Of a DNA stretch of 64,000 nt, positions 41,009-51,113 are shown one piece after another (the first letter of the stretch is position 1; the number at the start of each line of letters is the position of its first letter). Below the pieces are notes generated by a model. That model worked only from the letters and a program-made list of their open reading frames with translations. It ran no database searches and was not told where the DNA came from. Source of the DNA: an uncultured Methanomicrobiaceae archaeon (GTDB lineage: Archaea; Halobacteriota; Methanomicrobia; Methanomicrobiales; Methanoculleaceae); NCBI GenBank assembly GCA_963826525.1, contig CAWGXH010000003.1:544001-608000 (forward strand), read 5' to 3'. A program made the position numbers and the translations under genes.

Positions 41009-41350
41009 ATGGGATCGTTAAAACAGGAAATTTACAACTTTATTGCATCTTCGGGCGACGTCTCCTTCGTAGAACTCCGTGACACCTTCGGGGAGCGGTT
41101 CGCCGGAGAATACACGATGTTCTCTTCTCCCACTTCCAAGATCGTCCTCTGGGACGAGATATCCGGGGAGTTCATCGGAGCGATCGGCGAACTCCTGGTC
41201 GAAGGGAAGATCGGGATCCAGTACGACTCCGAGATCTACTCGCTCTATGCGGAGCGTGGCGCATCGTTGCCCTACCCGCTCGCAAAAAATCCCACCCGCG
41301 ATGTGTATGCCGGTTTTCACTGGCTGCCGGTGATCATGAGCGCACGGTAG
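41009..41350 (+). CDS. 113-aa protein resembling SaPI Ppi / pathogenicity-island proteins
   Basis: GAGGTG RBS; motifs SFVEL, IVLW, LPYPLA and HWLPV; family resemblance is recalled, not computed. Confidence 0.6.
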   Translation: MGSLKQEIYNFIASSGDVSFVELRDTFGERFAGEYTMFSSPTSKIVLWDEISGEFIGAIGELLVEGKIGIQYDSEIYSLYAERGASLPYPLAKNPTRDVYAGFHWLPVIMSAR

Positions 41351-41431
41351 ACCCGGCCGGCGGTACCAGTTCTCGCATTCTCGATACTGTCTTCTTCCGC
41401 ACCTCATCTCTTTTCAGGGAACGCCACCGCC

Positions 41432-43031
41432 TCACCGCCGTACCATATGAAAGATCGCCTCGGCATACGGCTGGCGGTCGCGTTCGGTGCGGTTGAGCAC
41501 GGGACGCCTGAACTCGTTGACGATCCTAAGCCCGCTCGCTTCGGCTATCGCCGGGTAGAGGTTGAATCTGTCGTTCGCGACGATGAAGAAGGTGCCGTCG
41601 TCCTTAACATACCGGCTGACATTCGCGAGAACCCGACCGACCCCGTCCACGTACTGCTGCCGCGCCGCACTCCCGGTGCCGGACGAGAGCGGCCCTATCT
41701 CCTCGGCGTCCCGGCGCCGAATCCCGAAGAGCTCGTAGGCGTAGGCGTGCTGCTCGTGGTAATCGATCTGGCCGACGTAGGGCGGCGAGGTGAAGACGCC
41801 GTCGATCTTTCCTTCCGCGATACGATCGGCAAAGGCAGGGTTCTCTGTACGGACCGCATCCGGGATATCGATCGTGCGTGAGTCGCCGTGCAGAACCGCG
41901 ACCTGCACGTCCTGTTTCAGCGCGGCAAACGCTTCGAGGCGGGCTATCGCGTCACGGGTGTTCTTTTTGAGGTGTTTGAGGATACTGCTTACCGGCGTGC
42001 AGAGCTTCTTGTGCTTATAGCAGTAGTAAGGCCCGCCCTGCCGCTCTTTCAGGGTTCCAAGGTCGTAATGGGTCGTCGCCCGGCACGACCGGGCGGTGCG
42101 GCTCAGGACGATCCGCATCAGCGTCCTGGCATCCTCGTCCGGGACTTCGTCTATCAGCCGGAGGTAGCAGGCCATCTCCTGCCGGATCCTCGTATTGAAC
42201 CACTCCGCGAGAAATCCCGTCATCCCGCCGTCGTCGATGAGGCGGGCGCCATCCCGCGTCCCGCTCTCCGCAAAGAACGAAGCGTTCTCGCGGAAGAACT
42301 CAAGCAGCCGCTCCTCTCCGTACGCCCGCTCCTCCTCCGGCTGTCCGTGAAATCTCCGTTTGAATGCAGGGCTCGGGAAGTGGGCTTTGTTGAATGCAGC
42401 AAGTCTCACCGTCGAGCTGCCGGTCATGCTCGTCGTCGAAGTTCCTGCGGGAGAAAGCCGTCGTCCCGGCAAGCGCCTTCTCGAGCGAGCGGTTGATCCG
42501 GGCGAGGTCGCCGTGCGTGAACTTCGAGCGGACGATCATGCAGTTGAATGCGGAGATATCGATCCCGACGGCATGCATCCCCATCTCCGCCGCCTGTATC
42601 AGGGTCGTCCCGCTCCCCATGAACGGGTCGAGGACGGTATCCCCCGTGCGGAAGAAGACGCCGGTCTTGAACGCATCCGTGTGGTCGTCGAGGAAGTACT
42701 CCACGAGCTGCGGGATGAACTTGCCCTTGTAGGGGTGCAGGCGGTGGACGTGTTTCGTGGTCTCGGACTCGCTGCAGCGGTCGAAGGATAGGTTCCAGTT
42801 CAGGTCGTGCCCGAGTCTCTCCCGCCACGCGTTCTCCCGCACCCGTTGCTGTTCGTAGTAGGCGGCAAGCTCGTCGAGGTCGATACGGGTGCCGCCTGTG
42901 GCGGCGTCCGTATGCTTCCGCACGTTGCCGTACTGGATCAGATAACCGATATTGGATCTGGTGATCGTCTTCTCCATATACGCGGAAGCCCACGCTGCAG
43001 CTTCCCCGAGGGTGACCAGGTGTTTTTGCAT
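41432..43031 (-). CDS. Amino-DNA methyltransferase (SPPY, probably N4-C; M.MjaII-like), frameshift near 42410
   Basis: N-terminal HTH-like segment, HRLHPYKGKFIPQL, DPFMGSGTT and TSPPY; about 530 aa when joined. Confidence 0.88.
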
Positions 43032-43235
43032 GACGTTGCGGGCGACCTCCGGCACGGACGGTTGTCCTGAAGAGTATTCGGCGCTCTGCAGGGTTTATGA
43101 TTACGGTATGGTGCGGCCGCCGGAACCGGGGGGTGTATGCCCTCCTCGCCGGGTGACGGTCGCCGGTTCGCCTCCGGGAAAGGAACGTTATTTATACGCC
43201 GAAGGATATCGAGCCATACACCTGGAAGGAGGGTG

Positions 43236-45641
43236 ATGATTCGTATGCTTGAGCCGTTGCCTCTTGAACGTTACCGGAACGCATTCCGTCTCGATGATCT
43301 GGAGTGTGTCAGCACAGAAGAGATACGACCTCTTGAGAAGATTATCGGTCAGGACAGGGCGCTTCGGGCGCTCGGGTTCGGCCTTGAGATCCCGCAGAAG
43401 GGGTTCAACGTCTATGCTGCAGGGTTTCAGGGAACCGGGCGGCTCAAGGCCGTTCAGGGCTTCCTCGACGACCTTCGGAAAGAGAAGCCACGGGCGCCCG
43501 ACTGGATCTACGTCAACAACTTCGAAAACCCGTACGAGCCGAACGCGATCCGCATGTCCGCGGGGACGGGCAACCGGTTTAAGAAGGATATGGCAGACTT
43601 CATCAGCGGTGCACAGCGGGTTCTTCCCCAGGCCTTCCAGAGCGATGAGTACGCTTCCCGGAGAGAGAAGACGCTCGGATCCCTGCAGGAGAACCGGAAT
43701 GAACTCATCGACCGGATCAACCGGACTGCTCAGGAGAAGGGTTTCGTCATACAGCCGACCCCGGCCGGCGTCCTGCCCGTCCCGGCGGTGAACGGACAGC
43801 CGCTCTCCGAGGAGGCGTTCACCGCCCTCCCGGCCGAGAAGAGGGAGGAGATCCGGCAGCGGGGGGAGGAGCTTGATGCCGACGTCCGTGATCTCCTGCG
43901 GAAGATCCGGGATGTCGAGCGGCAGGGCGGCGAGGCGGTGGAGAACCTGAACCGGCAGGTTGCGCTCTACGCAATCGAACCCCTCGTGGCGGATCTCAAG
44001 GAGCGATATGGCGAGATAGACGAGATCTCGGCGTTTATCGATGCGGTGGAGAAGGACATCCTGGACAATTTCCAGTTGTTCATCGCCGGCCCGCAGCAGC
44101 AGCAGCAGCTCCGCCCCGAGCTGCAGGCCTTCATGCGAGAGGTTCCGTTACGGCGGTACGAGGTGAATGTGCTCGTGGACAACGGCGATGGAGAAGGGGC
44201 TCCGGTGATCTTCGAGCAGAACCCCTCCTACCAGAACCTCTTCGGAATAGTGGAGAGGGAGGTCCAGTTCGGCGCGTTAACAACCGATTTCACCATGATC
44301 CGGCCGGGCTCGATGCATAAGGCCAACGGCGGGTACCTCGTCCTCATGGTCGAAGACCTCTTCAAGGTTCCCTTCGCCTGGGACGGGCTGAAGACGGCTC
44401 TCAAGACGGGGGAGATCCGCATCGAAGAGCCCGGCGAGCGGATGGGCTTCATCACTGCAAAGACCGTCAAACCGGAGCCTATCCGGCTCGACGTAAAAGT
44501 GGCGCTGATCGGGAACCCGCAGATCTACCAGGCCCTGTATACCATGGACCCGGACTTCCGGGAGCTCTTCAAGGTGAAGGCCGACTTCGACACCGTCATG
44601 GACAGAAGCGACGAGAACGCAAAAAAATACGTGGAGTTCGTCTGCAGTCTGGTCGGAAACGACGGCCTCGGGCACCTGGACCGCGAAGCGCTCGCGAAAG
44701 TCATCGAGTACCGGCTCGCGGCTTGCCGAAGACCAGCAGAAACTCTCCACGCAGTTCGCCTCGGTAGCGGACCTCATCAGGGAGGCGAACTTCTATGCCG
44801 GAGAGGACGGGTCGGAGAGGATAACCGCAGGGCACATCAGAAAGGCAATTGAGGAGAAGATCTACCGCTCGAACCTCATCCAGGAGAAGATCCAGGAGTA
44901 CATGCGACGGGGCATCTTCATCATCGATACCGAGGGGAGCAGGGTAGGCCAGGTGAACGGCCTCTCGGTTCTGAGCACCGGCGATTTCGCCTTCGGCCGC
45001 CCGTCCCGCGTCACTGCGAGTATCGGCGTCGGCCGGGAGGGCATCGTGGATATCGAGCGCGAGGCGGCTCTTGGCGGCCCCATCCACACCAAAGGTGTCC
45101 TCATCTTAAGCGGCTACCTCAACGCCAAGTACGCTCCGGACAAGCCCCTGAGCCTCTCGGCACGGCTCGTCTTCGAGCAGAGTTACGATGGCGTGGACGG
45201 CGACTCCGCCTCGAGCACGGAGTCTACGCCCTGCTCTCCGCTCTTGCGGGGCTGCCCCTGAAGCAGTCCATCGCCGTCACCGGTTCGGTCGACCAGCGGG
45301 GAGAGGTCCAGGCCATCGGCGGGGTCAACGAGAAACTGGAAGGCTTCTTTGAGGTCTGCAAGGCAAAAGGCCTCACCGGCGACCAGGGCGCAATGATACC
45401 GGCGAGCAACGTCCAGAACCTGATGCTCAAAGAAGAGGTCGTGGAGGCTGCAAAGAAGGGGATGTTCCGGATCTACCCGGTTCGGACTATCGACGAGGGC
45501 ATCGAGTTCCTCACCGGCGTCCCCGCCGGAGAACAGAGATCGGACGGGACCTACGAGGAGGGGACGGTGAACTACCTGGTGAATCAGCGGCTCGCCGAGA
45601 TGGCGGAGAGGATGCGGGAGTACCAGATGCCCGTGCGGTGA
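43236..45641 (+). CDS. Lon-like protease (LonC-type; frameshifts near 44712 and 45222)
   Basis: IIGQDRA, degenerate P-loop GFQGTGR, ANGGYL, FEQSY..VDGDSAS (Ser) and IGGVNEK (Lys). Confidence 0.9.
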
Positions 45642-45976
45642 GCGTCCGGCAGAGGAATCCCCCCTCCGTCACCGGGAATGCGGAAGAGAGCAGACGCTCT
45701 TCAGCCTCCAAAGCCCGCGCAGGGGGGATTCCCCCTCACCCGGGGAGATTTTGCCCGACCGCGGGACAAACCCGGGGATTTTCTTTCACGGCATCTCCTG
45801 TTGGCTCCGTCCTGCCCGTACGCCGCACTCCCGGCCGGGAAGGATCGCAGACTGACCGGCACTCCTGTCCGGGATCAATTTATATAGGTTCTCCCTGCTT
45901 GAGTCTCCCAAGAGGGTATACGTGAGGATCTCGAGAGCATCGATCGTCACGATACGAACGGAGCGACAACGGAGAG

Positions 45977-48457
45977 ATGCACGTCAGTGAAGTAAGTGCG
46001 GAAACACGAGACGAACTATTCGCTATACTGAGCAGCGCGGAGGAGGGGACATGCATCGCCACTCCGGAGATGGAGGTGCTCTGGATCAATCCGGCCATGG
46101 AACGCCTCGCGGGCATCTCCGCTCAGGATGCCAGGGGAGACGACGTGCTGCAGTTCGTCGCTGCCCGGGTGCTGCCCGGGGCGGATGAAGCATGCACCGC
46201 CGCAATCCTCTCGTCGATCCGGAGCCGCACCGAAGAGCACGGGATCGAGTGCCGGATCGCCGGCCCGGCAGGCGAGGAGTGGTATGCCTACACGAGCAGG
46301 CAGATCGGAAGGGGCACTCTGGCAGGCGCCTGGCTCCTCCGGTTCGGTGAGATCACCCTGCAGAAAAAAGCGGAGAGAGAGCACGACCGGTGCTCCGGCG
46401 AGCTGGCGTTCCTCTCCGGAGCCGCGACCGGGCTTGCCGGACTGCCGCCGGATGCGGATATCTTCGCCGTCATCGGCAGGTACCTCCACGAGGTTATGCC
46501 CGGGGCTATCGTCATCGTCAGCGCCGCAGACGTCGGCGCCGACACCCTGATCCCGCGGGCGATCTTCGGGGACGAATCCCTCATGGTGGAGGCGTCGAAG
46601 CTGCTCGGCCGTGACATTACCGGCCTTGCGCTCTCCATCCCCCCGCACATCCACGACATCATGCAGCGGGGCAGGATCGAGGAGATCGAAGGGGGGCTCG
46701 AGGCGGTTGCACTGTGGCAACTCCCCGGGGGCATCTGCCGGCAACTCGAGGAGTTCGGCGGGCTCGGGCCGATGTACTGCATCCCGTTCACCTGGAAAGG
46801 AGAGATCTTCGGCACCGCCGTCATCCTGACCCGGCGGGGGAGCGAACCGATCGACCTCGCTGCGATCGAGACCTTCAAGAACCTGGCATCGATCGCTCTG
46901 CAGCGCCACCAGGCCGAGGCCGCGCTGCGCCGAAGCGAAGGGAGGTTCCGTGCACTCATCGAGAAGACCTCCGACTTCATCCTCATCATCGACAGCCGGA
47001 TGAAGATCCGGTTCGCAAGCCCGCCCATCGAGCGGATCGACGGAATACCGCCGGAAATGCTGGTGGGAAGGAGTGCATTCGATATGATGCTGCCCGAGGA
47101 GGTGCCCCGGGCACAGGAACTCATGGCGGGTCTTGCGGGGAAACCGGGGAGCAGTGCACCGCTCGAAGTCCGGTTCCAGGGGCCGCGGGGTCTGCACGTC
47201 GTCGAAGCGGTGATCACGAACCTCCTCGACGATCCGCAGGTCAGGGGCTTGGTGGTCAATGCCCGGGACATCACCGATCGGAAGCGGGCGGAAGAGGCGA
47301 TCCGGCACCGGAATACCCAGCTTGCCATGCTGAACCGGCTGATCAGCGTCTCGGCATCGGCGCTTACCCTCGACGACCTCCTTGAATCCGCGCTTACCAC
47401 CTCCCTTGCCCTCTTCAGCTTCGATGCAGGTGCCGTCTACCTGCTGGACCGGGAACTGGGCCGCGCAACGCTCGCGAGCCACCAGGGTATGGAGCAACTG
47501 CCCGGCCTCGAGACCATCGATGTACGCCACCCTCCCTTCAGGGATGTCTTCGGTGCCGGCAGGCCGCGGAGCATCTCTGCCGGGCCTGATACCGGTGCAG
47601 CGGAGACGGAGATCCTGGCTGCTTTTCATGTCTCCTCCCTCACATGGATTCCGCTCATGGCCGAGTCCAGGGTCATGGGAGCGCTGGCTCTCGGGAGCTT
47701 TACCGGCAGGGAGGTGCCCCCGGACGTCCAATGGCTCACGGAGGCGATCAGCAGGGAGATCGGGGCCGGCGTTCTGCGCGGGATGCTCTACAAAAGGCTG
47801 GAGGCCGCAAACCAGGAGGCAAACCTGTACCTGGACATTCTCACGCACGACATCCGGAACGTCAACAGCGTCGCCATCCTGTATACCGACCTGCTGGCGG
47901 ATGTCCTGGAGGGCGAACCCGGTACCTACGTCCGGAAGATGAAGAGCAGCATCGATAAAAGCACGGAGATCCTGGCGAATGTTGCAACGATCCGTAAGAT
48001 TCATGTGGAACATGCGCCGTTGAAACCGATCGACCTTCACGGCGTGATCATCGGTGAGTGGAAGAACTTCCCCGAAACGGCGATACGGTACGCGGGGTTT
48101 CCCCGCACGGTCTGGGCGGACGACCTGCTCCCCGAAGTCTTCAACAACCTCATCGGGAATGCCGTCAAGTTCGGAGGACCTGATGTCGTCGTTACCATAT
48201 CGGTCGAGCACCACGAGGACAGCGTCGTCGTCACCGTGGCCGACACCGGCCCCGGCGTCCCCGATGACCTGAAGGAGGCGATCTTCCACCGGTTCGAGCG
48301 AGGGCAGACCCGGGCGCAGGGGGAGGGGCTCGGCCTCTACATCTGCCGCAAACTCCTGGAGCGTTACGGTGGAAGCATCTGGGTCGAGGACCGGGTGCCC
48401 GGCCGCCCGGAGCAGGGCGCGGCGTTCCGGTTTACGCTCAAAGAGGTCGGAGAGTAA
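45977..48457 (+). CDS. PAS-GAF-PAS-GAF sensor histidine kinase
   Basis: Intact 826 aa; DILTHDIRN, NLIGNAVKFGG, DTGPGVP and GEGLGL. Confidence 0.93.
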   Translation: MHVSEVSAETRDELFAILSSAEEGTCIATPEMEVLWINPAMERLAGISAQDARGDDVLQFVAARVLPGADEACTAAILSSIRSRTEEHGIECRIAGPAGEEWYAYTSRQIGRGTLAGAWLLRFGEITLQKKAEREHDRCSGELAFLSGAATGLAGLPPDADIFAVIGRYLHEVMPGAIVIVSAADVGADTLIPRAIFGDESLMVEASKLLGRDITGLALSIPPHIHDIMQRGRIEEIEGGLEAVALWQLPGGICRQLEEFGGLGPMYCIPFTWKGEIFGTAVILTRRGSEPIDLAAIETFKNLASIALQRHQAEAALRRSEGRFRALIEKTSDFILIIDSRMKIRFASPPIERIDGIPPEMLVGRSAFDMMLPEEVPRAQELMAGLAGKPGSSAPLEVRFQGPRGLHVVEAVITNLLDDPQVRGLVVNARDITDRKRAEEAIRHRNTQLAMLNRLISVSASALTLDDLLESALTTSLALFSFDAGAVYLLDRELGRATLASHQGMEQLPGLETIDVRHPPFRDVFGAGRPRSISAGPDTGAAETEILAAFHVSSLTWIPLMAESRVMGALALGSFTGREVPPDVQWLTEAISREIGAGVLRGMLYKRLEAANQEANLYLDILTHDIRNVNSVAILYTDLLADVLEGEPGTYVRKMKSSIDKSTEILANVATIRKIHVEHAPLKPIDLHGVIIGEWKNFPETAIRYAGFPRTVWADDLLPEVFNNLIGNAVKFGGPDVVVTISVEHHEDSVVVTVADTGPGVPDDLKEAIFHRFERGQTRAQGEGLGLYICRKLLERYGGSIWVEDRVPGRPEQGAAFRFTLKEVGE

Positions 48458-48518
48458 TCGACAGCAGTCGATCGGAGATGAGCATGTACAGCAATCTGAC
48501 TCACAGTTACACGAAACA

Positions 48519-51059
48519 ATGACTTCCATACAACAGATCGAAGAACAGCGTATGTTCACGGCCCTTGACGGGGAAGCCGACGGGATCCTCGTGCTGGACG
48601 GGGACCGAAGGGTGGTCTGGCTCAACAGGACGCTTCGCGAGCTCCTGGACGTGCGTCCGGAGGATGTCGGAGGAGAGAGCGTTTCGGCCTTCATCCAGAG
48701 GCACGTGGCGCCGCTGTCGCCGGATCCTGCATCCGTGCAGGAGGTCGCTGTAGGACTGCAGGGCGACAGGAGTGTCCGTCGGTTTTCGGTGCCGGTTCGG
48801 GCACGCACCGGGAATCTTCGCTGGTTCTCGATCGCGGATGACCGGAGTGCGATATATACGGGGACCGACCGTACGATCCTCCGTTTCCACGACAGCACCG
48901 GAGATGTAACCGCCCGGTTCTTCCGGGTAGCCATCGACCACTCGCCGGTCGTCGTCTTCGCCCAGGACAGGGATCTGCGGTACCTCTGGTCGTACAATCA
49001 GCAGTCCGGGATATCCGATGCAGAGATCGTCGGAAAGACGGACAACGACCTCTATTCGCCCGCCGACGCCGCCCGACTGACGTCGCTGAAGGCCCGGGTG
49101 CTCGCGGCCGGCGACGTGGTCCGGGAGGAGGTGGCTGTCACCGTCGACGGAACGGAGCATGTCAGGGACATGACGCTGGAACCCCTCCGGGATGCCGGGG
49201 GGAGGATCGTCGGGGTCTCGGGCACGTCGTTCGATATCACCGGCAGGGTGCGGGCCGAGGAGCGGTACCGGTCGAGCACGGAGAAACTGAACCTCCTGCT
49301 GCGCAATGCCCGCGACATCATCTACCGCATCGACCTCGTCCCGGAACGTCGGTACTCCTACGTCAGCCCTGCCGTAGCGGCAATCACCGGCTACACCCCC
49401 GAAGAGCACTACAGAGATCCCGATCTCGGCATGAAGATCGTCCACCCCGACGACCGGCTGCTCCTGGAAGCGGTTAACAGGGGAGAGATCCCGCTGGACC
49501 AGCCGCTCGCCCTCCGGTGGATCCGCAAAGACGGGACGATGATCTGGATGGAGTTGAAGAACGTCCCCGTCTACGATGAGGACGGGACGCTGATTGCCAT
49601 CGAAGGCATTGCCCGGGATGTCACGGAGCGGAAACGGATGGAGGAGGCGCTGCGGGAGAGCGAGGAGCGGTACCGTCTCTTCCTTCAGAACTTCCAGGGG
49701 ATCGCGTTCCGTGCCGACCTTGACTTCGTCCCCATTTTTTTCTACGGTGCGGTGGAGTCCATCACCGGGTATGCGGAGGAGGATTTCCTCCGGGACCGCC
49801 GGCTCTGGTTCCGGATGATCCACCCCGACGATCGCCCACAGATCGCCGAGACCTCGAAGACCGTGTGCGCCACTCCCGGTTATGCGACCGAGCGGGAGTA
49901 CCGGATCATCAGGAAGGACGGGGAGGTCCGCTGGGTCCGCGAGATGATCCAGAACGTACCCGAAAACCAGGGAATCCCGGCTCACGTGCAGGGGGCGATC
50001 TACGATATCACCGGGCAGAAGCGGGTGGAGCAGGAACTCCGCGAGAGCGAGGAGCGGTTCCGGCGCATCTTCGAAGAGTCGGGGATCGGCATACTGCTCG
50101 TCGACCAAAGCGGCCGGATCGCCAGGAGCAATCCGGCCTTCCAGCGGATGCTGGGGTACAGTGAGGACGAGCTTGACGGCATGAACATCCGCGATATCAC
50201 CTACCCGGAAGATCTGCCGGCGACCCTTGCGCTCTACGAGAAGATGGCCGAGGGAGGAACCGGCAGCGGGAAGCTGGAGAAACGATATATCACGAAGGAC
50301 GGCCGGATCATCTGGGGCAGAAAGACCGTCACCCACCTTCGAGACCAGAAAGGAAAACCCCTGCGCGCCATCAGCCTCGTGGAGGATATCACCGGACGAA
50401 AGCTGATTGAAGAGGCGTTGCAGGAGAGCGAGGAGCGCTTTCGGAGTATCTTTGAGGAATCTCCCATCGGCATCGAGTACTATGATCCCGATGGACGCCT
50501 GATCGACGTCAACCCCGCCGCGCTTCGCATCTTCGGCGTGCAGGACATCCAGGATGTCAGGGGATTCGATCTCTTTGCCGACCCCAATCTTCCCGAAGAA
50601 GAACGTCGTAAACTGAGGCAGGGAGAGGCAGTGCACTTCACAACGCAGTTTGACTTCGATCTGGTCAAAACGCACGGTCTCTACGAGACATCGCGAACCG
50701 GTCGGCGGTACCTGGACATCCTCGTCACCGGAATACCGCGGGCAGGTGAGAACCGCCTGGGCGGGTATATCGTGCTGGTTTCGGACACCACCGACCGGAT
50801 GCTGGCCGAGAACCTGCGGAAGAAAGCGTATGACCAGATCGAGCAGAACATCGAGCAGTTCGCAATTCTGGGAGACCACGTCCGCCAGCCCCTGCAGGTG
50901 ATCCTCGGCATGGTCGACCTGGAGAGCAATGGAAAAAAGGAGATGGAGATCATCCGCAGTCAGGTCAACCGGATCAACGCTATCGTCCGGCAGCTCGACG
51001 AGGGTTGGATCGAGTCGAGGAAGATCAGGGAATTCCTCCGCCGGCACGAACTGACATGA
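48519..51059 (+). CDS. Six-PAS protein ending in an ATPase-less DHp-like domain
   Basis: Repeated PAS/PAC domains; C-terminus EQFAILGDHVRQPLQV...LDEGWIESRKIREFLRR; start codon uncertain. Confidence 0.9.
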   Translation: MTSIQQIEEQRMFTALDGEADGILVLDGDRRVVWLNRTLRELLDVRPEDVGGESVSAFIQRHVAPLSPDPASVQEVAVGLQGDRSVRRFSVPVRARTGNLRWFSIADDRSAIYTGTDRTILRFHDSTGDVTARFFRVAIDHSPVVVFAQDRDLRYLWSYNQQSGISDAEIVGKTDNDLYSPADAARLTSLKARVLAAGDVVREEVAVTVDGTEHVRDMTLEPLRDAGGRIVGVSGTSFDITGRVRAEERYRSSTEKLNLLLRNARDIIYRIDLVPERRYSYVSPAVAAITGYTPEEHYRDPDLGMKIVHPDDRLLLEAVNRGEIPLDQPLALRWIRKDGTMIWMELKNVPVYDEDGTLIAIEGIARDVTERKRMEEALRESEERYRLFLQNFQGIAFRADLDFVPIFFYGAVESITGYAEEDFLRDRRLWFRMIHPDDRPQIAETSKTVCATPGYATEREYRIIRKDGEVRWVREMIQNVPENQGIPAHVQGAIYDITGQKRVEQELRESEERFRRIFEESGIGILLVDQSGRIARSNPAFQRMLGYSEDELDGMNIRDITYPEDLPATLALYEKMAEGGTGSGKLEKRYITKDGRIIWGRKTVTHLRDQKGKPLRAISLVEDITGRKLIEEALQESEERFRSIFEESPIGIEYYDPDGRLIDVNPAALRIFGVQDIQDVRGFDLFADPNLPEEERRKLRQGEAVHFTTQFDFDLVKTHGLYETSRTGRRYLDILVTGIPRAGENRLGGYIVLVSDTTDRMLAENLRKKAYDQIEQNIEQFAILGDHVRQPLQVILGMVDLESNGKKEMEIIRSQVNRINAIVRQLDEGWIESRKIREFLRRHELT

Positions 51060-51113
51060 GCCCATAGCCCGGCTAACATGTCAGCACCACCGGTGCGGAT
51101 GATCGGCGGCTCG

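Noticed and set aside
46016-51065. Very long minus-strand ORFs (993 and 852 aa)
   Set aside because: Antisense shadows of well-supported kinase/PAS genes in GC-rich DNA; no recognisable motifs.
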